Of a stretch of 41,285 nt of DNA, positions 28,700 to 37,608 are shown one piece after another. How positions within the stretch are numbered: the stretch's first letter is position 1; each line of letters begins with the position of its first letter. This DNA comes from Candidatus Woesearchaeota archaeon (GTDB taxonomy: Archaea; Nanobdellota; Nanobdellia; SCGC-AAA011-G17; GW2011-AR17), in contig CAZUKZ010000004.1 of assembly GCA_964621125.1 (NCBI GenBank), positions 1 through 41,285 of the forward strand. The letters are read 5' to 3'. The position numbers were made by a program, and so were the translations under genes. Under the pieces are notes generated by a model that was given only the letters and a program-made list of their open reading frames with translations, was not told the DNA's origin and searched no databases.

Positions 28700-29094
28700 T
28701 ATTTCCTCCTACTTAGCTTTTTAGTACTATGCAATATGAGCTCTATCTTATCAGGGTTTCTTTTAATCTCCTTGATTACTGTTGCCGGGCCGATTATTGT
28801 CATCCCCTCCACCCTACCCACAAGCATCGTAACAAGCGCTTGTTTCAGCTTATTGAACAATTTGTTTGTGGAAGAATAAGGATATATGACACAGTGCTCT
28901 ATCCCCTTGAAAGACCTATTCAAGGACTCCATAGTTTTTTGTATTAATGCAGATTCTTCGACAGGCTTAAGTCTACCTTGCATTACCACGATTTTATTGT
29001 TCTTAGCTAAGTCCAGTAGCTTATCTATCCTTTTCTCCGGCGAGAGAGCCTCGACCTCTGCATAAGGTATGTATTGTAATGATACCATTTTCAC
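28699..29094 (-). CDS. oapB: OapB (DUF2073 type)
   Basis: IVVMQGRLKPVEESALIQKTM...FKGIE...GMTIIGPA; between the GTPase and the Zn ribbon. Confidence 0.88.
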   Translation of the reverse strand: MKMVSLQYIPYAEVEALSPEKRIDKLLDLAKNNKIVVMQGRLKPVEESALIQKTMESLNRSFKGIEHCVIYPYSSTNKLFNKLKQALVTMLVGRVEGMTIIGPATVIKEIKRNPDKIELILHSTKKLSRRK

Positions 29095-29097
29095 CTC

Positions 29098-29730
29098 TTA
29101 TTTGACTAGTTTGAATATTGATTCATAAAAACTTTCGATATTGTTCCCTTTATGAGCTGATACTCCGATCACAGGGTATTGCGGGAATGCTGATTCTATC
29201 CGCTTTAAGTCTGACTTTTTAAGATCCATCTTATTTGCAACAATCATGACAGGAATGTTCCTTGCAGCAAGATTACCTATTATAGTTATGTTCACTTGTG
29301 AATATGGATTTTCTGTGGAATCTAGAACTACTAAGACACAATCCATGCTATCCAACCACTTAATTGCATCAATGACCCCCTTAGTAGCTTCCTTAGCTCT
29401 ATCCTTAGCTATCTTCTTACTCATCTTATGTTTAAGAAAATCCTCATAGTCAATCTTTGTTGCAATACCAGGAGTATCAACAAGATTAAATCTTAAGCTT
29501 TTGCCTTTAGATTTTATCTCTATCTTTTCTTTGACCTGAACTTCTCTTGTCTCGTGAGGAACTGAAGATACAGAACTCATCTCTTCCCCCAACCAATCCT
29601 TACATATCCTATTCGCTAAAGTGGACTTTCCAGCATTTGGAGGACCATATAACCCCAGTTTAATGTTCTTCTTTTTGCTAAACAGTGAAAAAAACATGAG
29701 GTCTAGTACCCTTCTTAATTTTTTTAACAT
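29098..29730 (-). CDS. oapA: Era-like GTPase OapA
   Basis: GPPNAGKSTLANRI, PHETR, DTPG, RAKEATKGV, NKMD, VSA. Confidence 0.9.
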   Translation of the reverse strand: MLKKLRRVLDLMFFSLFSKKKNIKLGLYGPPNAGKSTLANRICKDWLGEEMSSVSSVPHETREVQVKEKIEIKSKGKSLRFNLVDTPGIATKIDYEDFLKHKMSKKIAKDRAKEATKGVIDAIKWLDSMDCVLVVLDSTENPYSQVNITIIGNLAARNIPVMIVANKMDLKKSDLKRIESAFPQYPVIGVSAHKGNNIESFYESIFKLVK

Positions 29731-29861
29731 AATTATCCCCTTTTTGTTATCTAATGTGTAATTTACTCTAGTTTAAATTTATTTCGGTGTATGAATCATT
29801 GTTTTTAGAGCTCAAATAGCATATTTTTTTATATATCCTATATTTTCTATTAATTTTAAAC

Positions 29862-30653
29862 ATGTCTGCTAATAAAAAATTACATGGTTGTCCTGATTGG
29901 ATGGACCCAAAATACAACGGTTGTGTTGAGTGGGGTGAAAATGGATTTAGGATGGATTTCTCTAGCCTAAGACCCCCTTGGATGGACCATGCGGGAACTA
30001 TTTCCATGAGAGGTATGCCTATGGAAGAGGAGCCTGCCAAGGAAAAAGCGAGGTTGCCTCGTGTAAAATGGGATGTGAAAAGGACTGAAAACCCACACTA
30101 TTACGATGAGGCCTTAGAAAAGATTCAAGAAAAAGGATTTGATAGGTTTCCGACTTCAAGGGAAGTCATGGCACTGATTATGGCAGACATTGAAGGGACT
30201 TTGAATGAAAAACTCTATGTTGCACATGTAGTCAAGGATTTATACAAGAAAGATAGTGAGTTCTTTTGTCAAGCATTTGAGGTTGACTACCCAATTCTAA
30301 AAGTGTATGAAAGGGTCACTTCTTTAGTTTGGGTTCGTAACCTAGGACATTATGAAAGGCCTTCAGACCCTTTATGGTATAGTGGCGTCCAAGAATTCAA
30401 TATAGACGGACTCTCGCGGGGATGCTGGAATTTTCTACCGGATGTGAATGCTATATGTCCAGAACTTATCGACAAGGTATACGGTCGACCTTACGAAGAC
30501 CTTCCCGATTGTAGACAAAATACACGATTATGGATTCCCACATGCTACCCTACACCACTTGCGTATGAAGGAGTTAACGATGCCTACAGGGTATTGGACG
30601 TAGCTCCTGGCTATAGGACGTATGCAAGAGGGGTAAAGGACATTAACCCTTAA
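29862..30653 (+). CDS. Hypothetical protein, possible C-type-lectin-fold (DGR variable-protein-like)
   Basis: YDEAL...GFDRFPTSRE motif and C-terminal YARGVK; ORF is secure, fold is inference. Confidence 0.6.
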   Translation: MSANKKLHGCPDWMDPKYNGCVEWGENGFRMDFSSLRPPWMDHAGTISMRGMPMEEEPAKEKARLPRVKWDVKRTENPHYYDEALEKIQEKGFDRFPTSREVMALIMADIEGTLNEKLYVAHVVKDLYKKDSEFFCQAFEVDYPILKVYERVTSLVWVRNLGHYERPSDPLWYSGVQEFNIDGLSRGCWNFLPDVNAICPELIDKVYGRPYEDLPDCRQNTRLWIPTCYPTPLAYEGVNDAYRVLDVAPGYRTYARGVKDINP

Positions 30654-33525
30654 CAACACCCATAGGTTTCATTTTAGCGACCTTCAAAGATATCCCTGCT
30701 TCATGCACTGATTCTATAACTTCATCAACATCCTTGTAAGCACCAGGAGCCTCCTCAGCCAAAACCTTAGGACTCGTAGATTTCACAATTTCTCCCTTAG
30801 CCTCTAATTCTCTCTGGATCTCTCCACCCCTAAAAGTGGAAATAGCCTTATTCCTAGACATGCACCGCCCAGCCCCATGGCATGAACTCCCGAAAGTCTT
30901 CTCCATAGCCATTTCAGTCCCAACCAAAATATAAGATGCAGTCCCCATACTCCCAGCAATCAATACAGGAGTATTAGGAAATGACCTTGTAGCCCCCTTC
31001 CGATGAACCAAGACTTCTTTTTTCTTACCGTTAACAGTATGCTCTTCAACTTTGGCTATGTTATGTGCTATGGCATAGATCATATGCATCTCCATATCCT
31101 TCCAACTCTTACCAAAGACTTTCTCAAAAGTCTCCCTCACCCAATGCGTCATGACTTGTCTGTTTGCAAAAGCATAATTTACCGCACATTTCATAGCTGC
31201 AAAATAATCTTGTCCTTCAGGTGAATTAAATGGTGCACACACCAGCTGCCTATCTGGCAATTTGATGCCGTACTTCTGTGCAGCTTTCTCATGAATTTTC
31301 AAATAATCAGTCGCAACTTGATGACCCAACCCACGAGATCCACAATGTAGCATTATCACCACATTACCTTTCTTCAAACCCCACTTTTTAGCCAACCCTT
31401 CGTCAAACACTTCCTCCACTCTCTGTATTTCAAGAAAATGATTCCCTGCCCCTAACGTCCCCAACTGAGGACCGCCCCTCTTCTTTGCTAAATCAGTTAC
31501 CTTAGATGGGTCAGCGCCATCCATCCGACCTTTCTCCTCAGTATGTTTTTTATCATTTTCTACACCATAACCTTTTTCAATTACCCAATCCACACCTTTT
31601 CGTAAAACCTCATTCAGTTCTTCCATAGTCAATCTCAATTTCCCCTTAGAACCAACCCCACAAGGGATAGCGTCAAACAAAGCAGGAACAAGTTCTTTCA
31701 ATTTTTCTTGTACCTCTTCAGCTGTAAGATTCGTATTTATCATGTTAATTCCGCAATTTGAAACTACAAAATTATTAGCCACAAAGTTGTGGTGTTCGTC
31801 TCTTACTGTAAAATCATAGACGTAATCGTTGAAATCTAGTTCTTTCTTATCAACAATCTTATCCCAGATTTGCCCAGTTTGCCCTAAACCATTAGTATAG
31901 ATATTCACAAACTCATCAAATTTATGGAAATTGAAAGCTACTCTTGGAACATCCTTCCTTCCCTCAAATATAGTTCTTTGTAAAAAGCGCTTATTAACAT
32001 TCCGTGATTGCAATTGCTTATAGATGTTTATCGGTCTCTCACCCTTTTTTCTTAATATATTAGCCTTTATTATAGCATTTTTTCTTTCCTTGACCACTTG
32101 AGTTTTCATGCGAAGATATTGCACGGCAGCATTAGCCAAATAACTTTTATTTTTAGCATATTCATAGCCAATCATAGACCATAATCTTATGAGGTTTTCA
32201 GGTTTTGAGGAAATCTGTAATCTTAGCCTATACTTGACCCCTTTCTTACCCACATAATCCCTTCTATGATTTATTATATTACTTTCAATACCAAAGTCTT
32301 GCAGTATATCCTGTATCTGTTTCAAGAATATTTCTCCACTTGGTATTAAAGATTCTAATTTATTTAAAGAAAAAACCGGACTATTAAAGTTAAAACCATG
32401 CCCTGTTACAGTTTTAGGAGAACTTAATTCTGCTCCGAACAATCCAGCCAAGAACAATCTCTTTTGCCATAAGGGGGCTTTCATAAGCCAACCAGGAACC
32501 TTAAAATCTGCCATTGTCTTGTCTCCTGTCGGCAAACCTAGTTCCCTTAATAGATGGAATAATGCATTTGAACTACATCTCATCTCATGAGATCTTGTGT
32601 CAAATACTACTTTCCCATAAAATGTGTCAATCTCATGATGTCTATCTCTTGAAGAAATATAAGGACTATAACCTACATGTCTTATGTCTTCTGCAACTTT
32701 TTCCATTTCATCTTTATCTTTGCTATAAGCACAAACGTAGGCTCTCCCTTTAGAGATATAAGCACAACCATCTCCCCACAAGAAACCCAATAACCTTATC
32801 AAATAAGGCAATTTCCTTGTTGAATATTTTATAGGCAACAATTGTCTTCTTTTAAGCCCATTAACAATCTGGATGTCCTTATCATCAAAATTACTCTCAG
32901 GAATGATAATATCATCCAAAGGCTCTTCATATTTTACCCCCTCAAAAGGATATATTGAAATCTTTTCATCCTTAATATTCTTCAAAGGTACCATGCCTTT
33001 TTCTGTAAATAAAGGATGATCTTCTGAACATACTATCTTCCTTCCTGAAAGAGTACTTACCTCAAATACCTTGGACTTAGGTCTTTGTTTAAAGAACAAC
33101 TCTATTTTAGTATTTTTAACTTTGGTTGTGGGATTCATGCATTTTATGCTATCTTTCGCCCACGAATAGGTAAAATCCTTAATAGGCTTAGAATAACCGA
33201 ACTCATGTAAAACTTTAGTATCTCCAGAAATGCAATTGATATCAAAACCAGTACATCCAGCAGAAATAACACCTTTCTCCAAGTCAAACGCACCTACCGC
33301 CCCCATAGGAAGCCCATACCCCCAATGCATATCAGGCAAGGCAACCACAGGCTCCAACACCCCAGGTAGACAAGCAACATTCGTTAACTGTTCGACAGCG
33401 GCATCTTCCAACCCTTCAAATATATCATCATTAGCAAAAATTTTAGCATCAACCTTCATACCTTCTCTCAATTCTTTTGAAACTAACCATTCATTTGTTC
33501 CAATTTTTTTCAGCTTATCTTTCAT
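30643..33525 (-). CDS. rtcB: RNA-splicing ligase RtcB, intein-containing (467 aa after splicing)
   Basis: PDMHWGYG, GFDIN|CG, GTLGAGNHFLE, HCGSRG, HNIAK, HRKGAT, HGAGR, EEAPGAYK. Confidence 0.96.
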   Translation of the reverse strand: MKDKLKKIGTNEWLVSKELREGMKVDAKIFANDDIFEGLEDAAVEQLTNVACLPGVLEPVVALPDMHWGYGLPMGAVGAFDLEKGVISAGCTGFDINCISGDTKVLHEFGYSKPIKDFTYSWAKDSIKCMNPTTKVKNTKIELFFKQRPKSKVFEVSTLSGRKIVCSEDHPLFTEKGMVPLKNIKDEKISIYPFEGVKYEEPLDDIIIPESNFDDKDIQIVNGLKRRQLLPIKYSTRKLPYLIRLLGFLWGDGCAYISKGRAYVCAYSKDKDEMEKVAEDIRHVGYSPYISSRDRHHEIDTFYGKVVFDTRSHEMRCSSNALFHLLRELGLPTGDKTMADFKVPGWLMKAPLWQKRLFLAGLFGAELSSPKTVTGHGFNFNSPVFSLNKLESLIPSGEIFLKQIQDILQDFGIESNIINHRRDYVGKKGVKYRLRLQISSKPENLIRLWSMIGYEYAKNKSYLANAAVQYLRMKTQVVKERKNAIIKANILRKKGERPINIYKQLQSRNVNKRFLQRTIFEGRKDVPRVAFNFHKFDEFVNIYTNGLGQTGQIWDKIVDKKELDFNDYVYDFTVRDEHHNFVANNFVVSNCGINMINTNLTAEEVQEKLKELVPALFDAIPCGVGSKGKLRLTMEELNEVLRKGVDWVIEKGYGVENDKKHTEEKGRMDGADPSKVTDLAKKRGGPQLGTLGAGNHFLEIQRVEEVFDEGLAKKWGLKKGNVVIMLHCGSRGLGHQVATDYLKIHEKAAQKYGIKLPDRQLVCAPFNSPEGQDYFAAMKCAVNYAFANRQVMTHWVRETFEKVFGKSWKDMEMHMIYAIAHNIAKVEEHTVNGKKKEVLVHRKGATRSFPNTPVLIAGSMGTASYILVGTEMAMEKTFGSSCHGAGRCMSRNKAISTFRGGEIQRELEAKGEIVKSTSPKVLAEEAPGAYKDVDEVIESVHEAGISLKVAKMKPMGVVKG
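31756..33234 (-). mobile_element. 493-aa intein with LAGLIDADG endonuclease in RtcB
   Basis: C1 (CISGDT), SEDH block B, LLGFLWGDG and FLAGLFGAE, VYDF block F, terminal SN followed by Cys+1. Confidence 0.95.
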
Positions 33526-33539
33526 TTCAACTTCCCTCC

Positions 33540-33950
33540 TTAGATGTCAACCACGACTGTAACCTTATAGCCATGCTCCGTCTCTTCAAGTTTAAATTTA
33601 TAATATGTAAGTGATTTTACCACAGTCTCGCCTTTTTCAGGTGTAATCGGTTCTCCATAAAGTTCAGCTTTCAAATGCGTATCATCAATCTGCTTAATTT
33701 CAAACTTTGAAAAGAACTTCTCTTCTATATCAACTGCAGCAATTATCTCCTGCAACCAATTGAACAATAAATCTTCCTTATCCTCACCTTTGACTTCAAC
33801 ATCAACCTTCTCTTTAGCATCAATCTTTTCAACCTTACAGATAATTGTAGATAAAGCCTTGGCTGCGTTAATAAATAATTCCTTCAAATCCCTGCCATAA
33901 GCCTCAAACATCACGTCTGAAGTCAGGTCATCTACGAATTTATATTCCAT
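33540..33950 (-). CDS. Archease
   Basis: TSDVMFEAYG..LKELF.NAA, VKSLTYY, terminal VDI; directly upstream of rtcB. Confidence 0.93.
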   Translation of the reverse strand: MEYKFVDDLTSDVMFEAYGRDLKELFINAAKALSTIICKVEKIDAKEKVDVEVKGEDKEDLLFNWLQEIIAAVDIEEKFFSKFEIKQIDDTHLKAELYGEPITPEKGETVVKSLTYYKFKLEETEHGYKVTVVVDI

Positions 33951-33986
33951 TAGACGTAAAAATAGAGTGATAGTTTAAAAAGCTTT

Positions 33987-34460
33987 TCACTTCTTCCAGA
34001 ACCAAAGCCTTAAAATCCTCACCCCACCATTCTTATCTACAAGCAAGGTATCATCCGCATAGACAGACTTTCCAGCATAATTATCAGCAGATACTGACTG
34101 TAAGATACACACAGGCTTAGCACATATCTCAAATGCATGTGTGTAGCCAGGCGGAGTGTTTTCAGTTATAAGGCTTTTTAATTTGTTAAGCTTATTCTTA
34201 TTACTAGGGATAACCATTTGAGTATAATCTTTATCCTTGAGAGTACAAGAACTCTTACAAATAACTGCTTCCAAAATCTCTTTCCTTAAAGACTGGTTCA
34301 ACACCTCCATAAGAATATGATTATGCGCATTCTTGACAATCAATGGGACTTTATCCTCATCAATCTCTGGCAAAGGTGCAACAGAGTATATGAATATCAG
34401 AATGATAACTATAGCAATCACAGCCTCCAATGTCCTGATGTAACCTTTTTTGTTCACCAT
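33987..34460 (-). CDS. Pilin-like protein with class III signal peptide
   Basis: MVNKKG|YIRTLEAVIAIVIILIF; inside the pilus operon. Confidence 0.8.
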   Translation of the reverse strand: MVNKKGYIRTLEAVIAIVIILIFIYSVAPLPEIDEDKVPLIVKNAHNHILMEVLNQSLRKEILEAVICKSSCTLKDKDYTQMVIPSNKNKLNKLKSLITENTPPGYTHAFEICAKPVCILQSVSADNYAGKSVYADDTLLVDKNGGVRILRLWFWKK

Positions 34461-35230
34461 ACTCTCACATTCAACCTTACAGGCGTCTTCCTCCCATACA
34501 GATCTATGAAATAATCAGTCCATTCCTTGACAAACACACTAGCTTGTTGATAAGGTTTTTCCACCTCACACACTACCTTTCTGTCAATATACTTATATGT
34601 GGGCTTAGATGTTTTGATATAGTATATACTAAAATCCTTTGTAATGGGATAGTTCCATTTATCTTTAAGTTGAGCGTACTTTTTCTTATCCCCACAATTA
34701 CTTTTCACATTTTGATCTAGTTTCTTTTCCTTTAATCCTTCAATGTTTTCCACGACCCCCAAAGTTCTATCTTTAGGTGGAACAAATTTTGAAGAAGTCA
34801 GAGATCCAGATGGAAGGTAAGTAAACTCTTCCGCATGATAAAGCATGTATTTATTTGTTGAACCTGTTGTATCAGAAAAAGTTAAAACATCCCCACTAAT
34901 AGATATAGGCCTAATATTCTTAAAATCTGGATTTCCTTTATCATCTAATTTCACTACAGCAAAATATTTTACTTCATTAGGATAAAAACCAGACACATCT
35001 ATCTTAACTCTAAAATTAGAAAGAGTCCCAGGATTAACAAAAATAGGCATCTTATCCACTACAGTAGACACATCACCTCTCAACCCCACCTCCACCACCT
35101 TAACCAAATTCTGGTTATCAAAAATAGGCTGAACTCCTGGTTGAATAATCATAAACAAACTCAAGACATACACCAAAAACATCCCCATACTTATTGCCCA
35201 ATCCGCATGGCTAACTCCTTTTTTGTCCAT
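34454..35230 (-). CDS. Pilin-like protein with class III signal peptide
   Basis: MDKKG|VSHADWAISMGMFLVYVLSLF; inside the pilus operon. Confidence 0.78.
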   Translation of the reverse strand: MDKKGVSHADWAISMGMFLVYVLSLFMIIQPGVQPIFDNQNLVKVVEVGLRGDVSTVVDKMPIFVNPGTLSNFRVKIDVSGFYPNEVKYFAVVKLDDKGNPDFKNIRPISISGDVLTFSDTTGSTNKYMLYHAEEFTYLPSGSLTSSKFVPPKDRTLGVVENIEGLKEKKLDQNVKSNCGDKKKYAQLKDKWNYPITKDFSIYYIKTSKPTYKYIDRKVVCEVEKPYQQASVFVKEWTDYFIDLYGRKTPVRLNVRVW

Positions 35231-36096
35231 TATATCCCTCCTTTCACAGTTGTCACTATTAACGCAGCCGCAACAACCAATGCAATAGCATGAATTATCC
35301 CCCTTTTGAACTGCCCTTCTGAAAAAAAACCAATCATCAATCCAGCAAACCCACCCTGAATTAATAGAAGTATAAAAAAAATCTTATCCAAGTTAACAGT
35401 AACAGCCGTACCAACTCCACCACCCAATCCACCAATCCCACCCATACTAGAACCACCACCAGCCTTCCCTAACTGGGTGAGTTTAGGAAATAGTTTCAAC
35501 TGTAAAACAAGCATTATGGCTATGAATATGAAATACACCAGATAACCTTGCACAATCTGACCATAAGACCCACTTTTCTGTTCCTCTTTAAGCTTCTTCA
35601 TCGCAACCAAAGATCCAGTAACAGAATCTAGTACTTGAGATATATCTCCGCCACTAGCCTCAGCCTCAATGACAATAGATATAGCCCTTTTTATTATGAT
35701 ATTCTTAGTATCTTCAGCAAAAGTTACCATAGCCCTGTGGATTGGAATCCCTAACCTAATCTGGTTAGCCATCTTCTTAACATAAGGATCTAGTTCAGCA
35801 TAATCCTTACCAGCAGCCTGAATTATAGAAGCAGGTATAGATATGCCAGACTTTACTGCACTACCCATATTTCTAGTAAAATCCAAAAATTTCTCTTCCA
35901 ACCTTTTCTGCCTTTTCAGTTCTTTCAAGAAATCTAATAGGAACTGCACACCAGCAACAACTAATGAAATTATAAACATTGGATAGAACAATCTACTAGG
36001 ACTCCCCTTATTGAAGAAAAGTAGGAAATCCGACACTAGTAAGATTATCGCAGCTGTTATTCCTAACATGTATATTGGTTTGAATTTGAATCTCAT
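35230..36096 (-). CDS. Type II secretion system F / TadC-like membrane platform protein
   Basis: FLDFTRNMGSAVKSG...AEASGGDISQVL, multiple TMs. Confidence 0.9.
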   Translation of the reverse strand: MRFKFKPIYMLGITAAIILLVSDFLLFFNKGSPSRLFYPMFIISLVVAGVQFLLDFLKELKRQKRLEEKFLDFTRNMGSAVKSGISIPASIIQAAGKDYAELDPYVKKMANQIRLGIPIHRAMVTFAEDTKNIIIKRAISIVIEAEASGGDISQVLDSVTGSLVAMKKLKEEQKSGSYGQIVQGYLVYFIFIAIMLVLQLKLFPKLTQLGKAGGGSSMGGIGGLGGGVGTAVTVNLDKIFFILLLIQGGFAGLMIGFFSEGQFKRGIIHAIALVVAAALIVTTVKGGI

Positions 36097-37439
36097 TTTG
36101 GTTTCATTATAGATAGGAATACCATAAATCCTACATTAAGCAGAGGTATCACAACATAAGTACCGATAGTTGCAATCACACTCACAGACAATCCTCCAAT
36201 TTTTCCTCCCATACTTTGTATTATAGCTAACGTTACAAAAAAAAGTAACGGACCTGCAATTAAAATTGCAATATAAATGTCAGAATATGTAGCTATTGTC
36301 TCAACATATTTCTTCCTTTCAAGTTTATAAGTATTCAAGGCCTCTTCAGCCTTTGCTGTCAAATACTGTTTTAAGCTACCACCCGAATCAATCGTACTTA
36401 CCATGCCATCTAAAAGGTCTTTAAACCTTTGTGAGGGAGTACGCATAGACACAGCTCTCAAGGCAGTAGACAAATCGTATCCAAAAATATTAACATAGTT
36501 CACTACCTTCCTTATTTCATTTCTCAAATTAGGATACTCTCCTGATGAAAGCACGGTAGTGAATATTGAAATGGGTCTAGCTCCAGAACCGGCAACCGCA
36601 GCCATATGTATCGTGACAAAAGGTAGATCAGTTTTCATACCACTCGATTTTGAAGCAGCTTCGCTTTTAGGATACAAATACATGAACATCAATGTAACAA
36701 TAAAACCTACAAAACCCATCCCAACCCCTCTTACAACCTGTATTGCAATATTAGTATGCTTCCATAGCAATGAAGCGAGAATAGCGACAACTACAAATCC
36801 TATCAACGCAGCCAAGAACATCATGCTTACATATGTTTTAGACAATATTTTTATTCCAGATTTTCTTAAACTATCAAAAAGTGCCTCAAATGGTTCTGGA
36901 TTTTTTTTAATAAGGGATAAAGATAACTTCTCAAATAACCTATTAGCAAGAATTCCGAAATCACTGGACTTGTATAACTCATACTCCTTTAATTTTTCTT
37001 CTTTTGCCCTTTTTTCCCTTCTCCACTTTAAGTCAGATAATAGCTCCTTGTTTATACCCAATTCCTTCAAGTACTTTACTTTCTGCTTTTTTGTTAGTTT
37101 AAATGTTTGACTTGTCTTTTTCTCTTCCTTTTCTTCAACCTTTTCTTTAGGATTTCCACCCACCCTCTCCTTTATTGCAGAGCTATTATGTTTCATCTGA
37201 TCCAACAAACCTTGTATTAATTTATCATAATCAGCAACAACTTCTTCTTTTGTTTTCCCTTGCAAAAGATTATTTTTCGCCTTTACATATTTTGCTTTAG
37301 GAACCTTGTTATGTTCATAGTCATAATTTAGCTTAGCTAATCCATCTAGAAAAACCTTTTTCCTCTCTTTAGCTTCTTTTATATCCTGTGCGATAGAAGC
37401 CATACGACTGGCAGCTACCTTTGGATTAGGATTAATCAT
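36093..37439 (-). CDS. Type II secretion system F / TadB-TadC-like platform protein with long charged N-terminal extension
   Basis: DLPFVTIHMAAVAGSG...FGYDLSTAL...TPS...SGGSLKQYL. Confidence 0.9.
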   Translation of the reverse strand: MINPNPKVAASRMASIAQDIKEAKERKKVFLDGLAKLNYDYEHNKVPKAKYVKAKNNLLQGKTKEEVVADYDKLIQGLLDQMKHNSSAIKERVGGNPKEKVEEKEEKKTSQTFKLTKKQKVKYLKELGINKELLSDLKWRREKRAKEEKLKEYELYKSSDFGILANRLFEKLSLSLIKKNPEPFEALFDSLRKSGIKILSKTYVSMMFLAALIGFVVVAILASLLWKHTNIAIQVVRGVGMGFVGFIVTLMFMYLYPKSEAASKSSGMKTDLPFVTIHMAAVAGSGARPISIFTTVLSSGEYPNLRNEIRKVVNYVNIFGYDLSTALRAVSMRTPSQRFKDLLDGMVSTIDSGGSLKQYLTAKAEEALNTYKLERKKYVETIATYSDIYIAILIAGPLLFFVTLAIIQSMGGKIGGLSVSVIATIGTYVVIPLLNVGFMVFLSIMKPK

Positions 37440-37608
37440 TTTGTAAGTTTGATTCTTCTGTCTCTACAAGCTCATCTATGTTAGACAATAAAGATAACAT
37501 ATAATCCCTTATCTCTTCAGCTTCCTTCCCATCCCGAAGTAACTGGTCATATAAGTATGAAGCCTCTACTATAGAGTTCGCGTTTTGTCTTATCAAATCT
37601 AATGTCAT
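37432..37608 (-). CDS. 58-aa acidic helical protein not in the ORF track (MTLDLIRQNANSIVEASYLYDQLLRDGKEAEEIRDYMLSLLSNIDELVETEESNLQND)
   Basis: Manually translated; ATGA overlap with the ATPase stop and 8-nt overlap with the next gene's start. Confidence 0.72.
   Translation of the reverse strand: MTLDLIRQNANSIVEASYLYDQLLRDGKEAEEIRDYMLSLLSNIDELVETEESNLQND

Noticed and set aside
29731-29861. Replication origin next to oapA
   Set aside because: AT-rich but no ORB repeats and no cdc6; explained by divergent promoters
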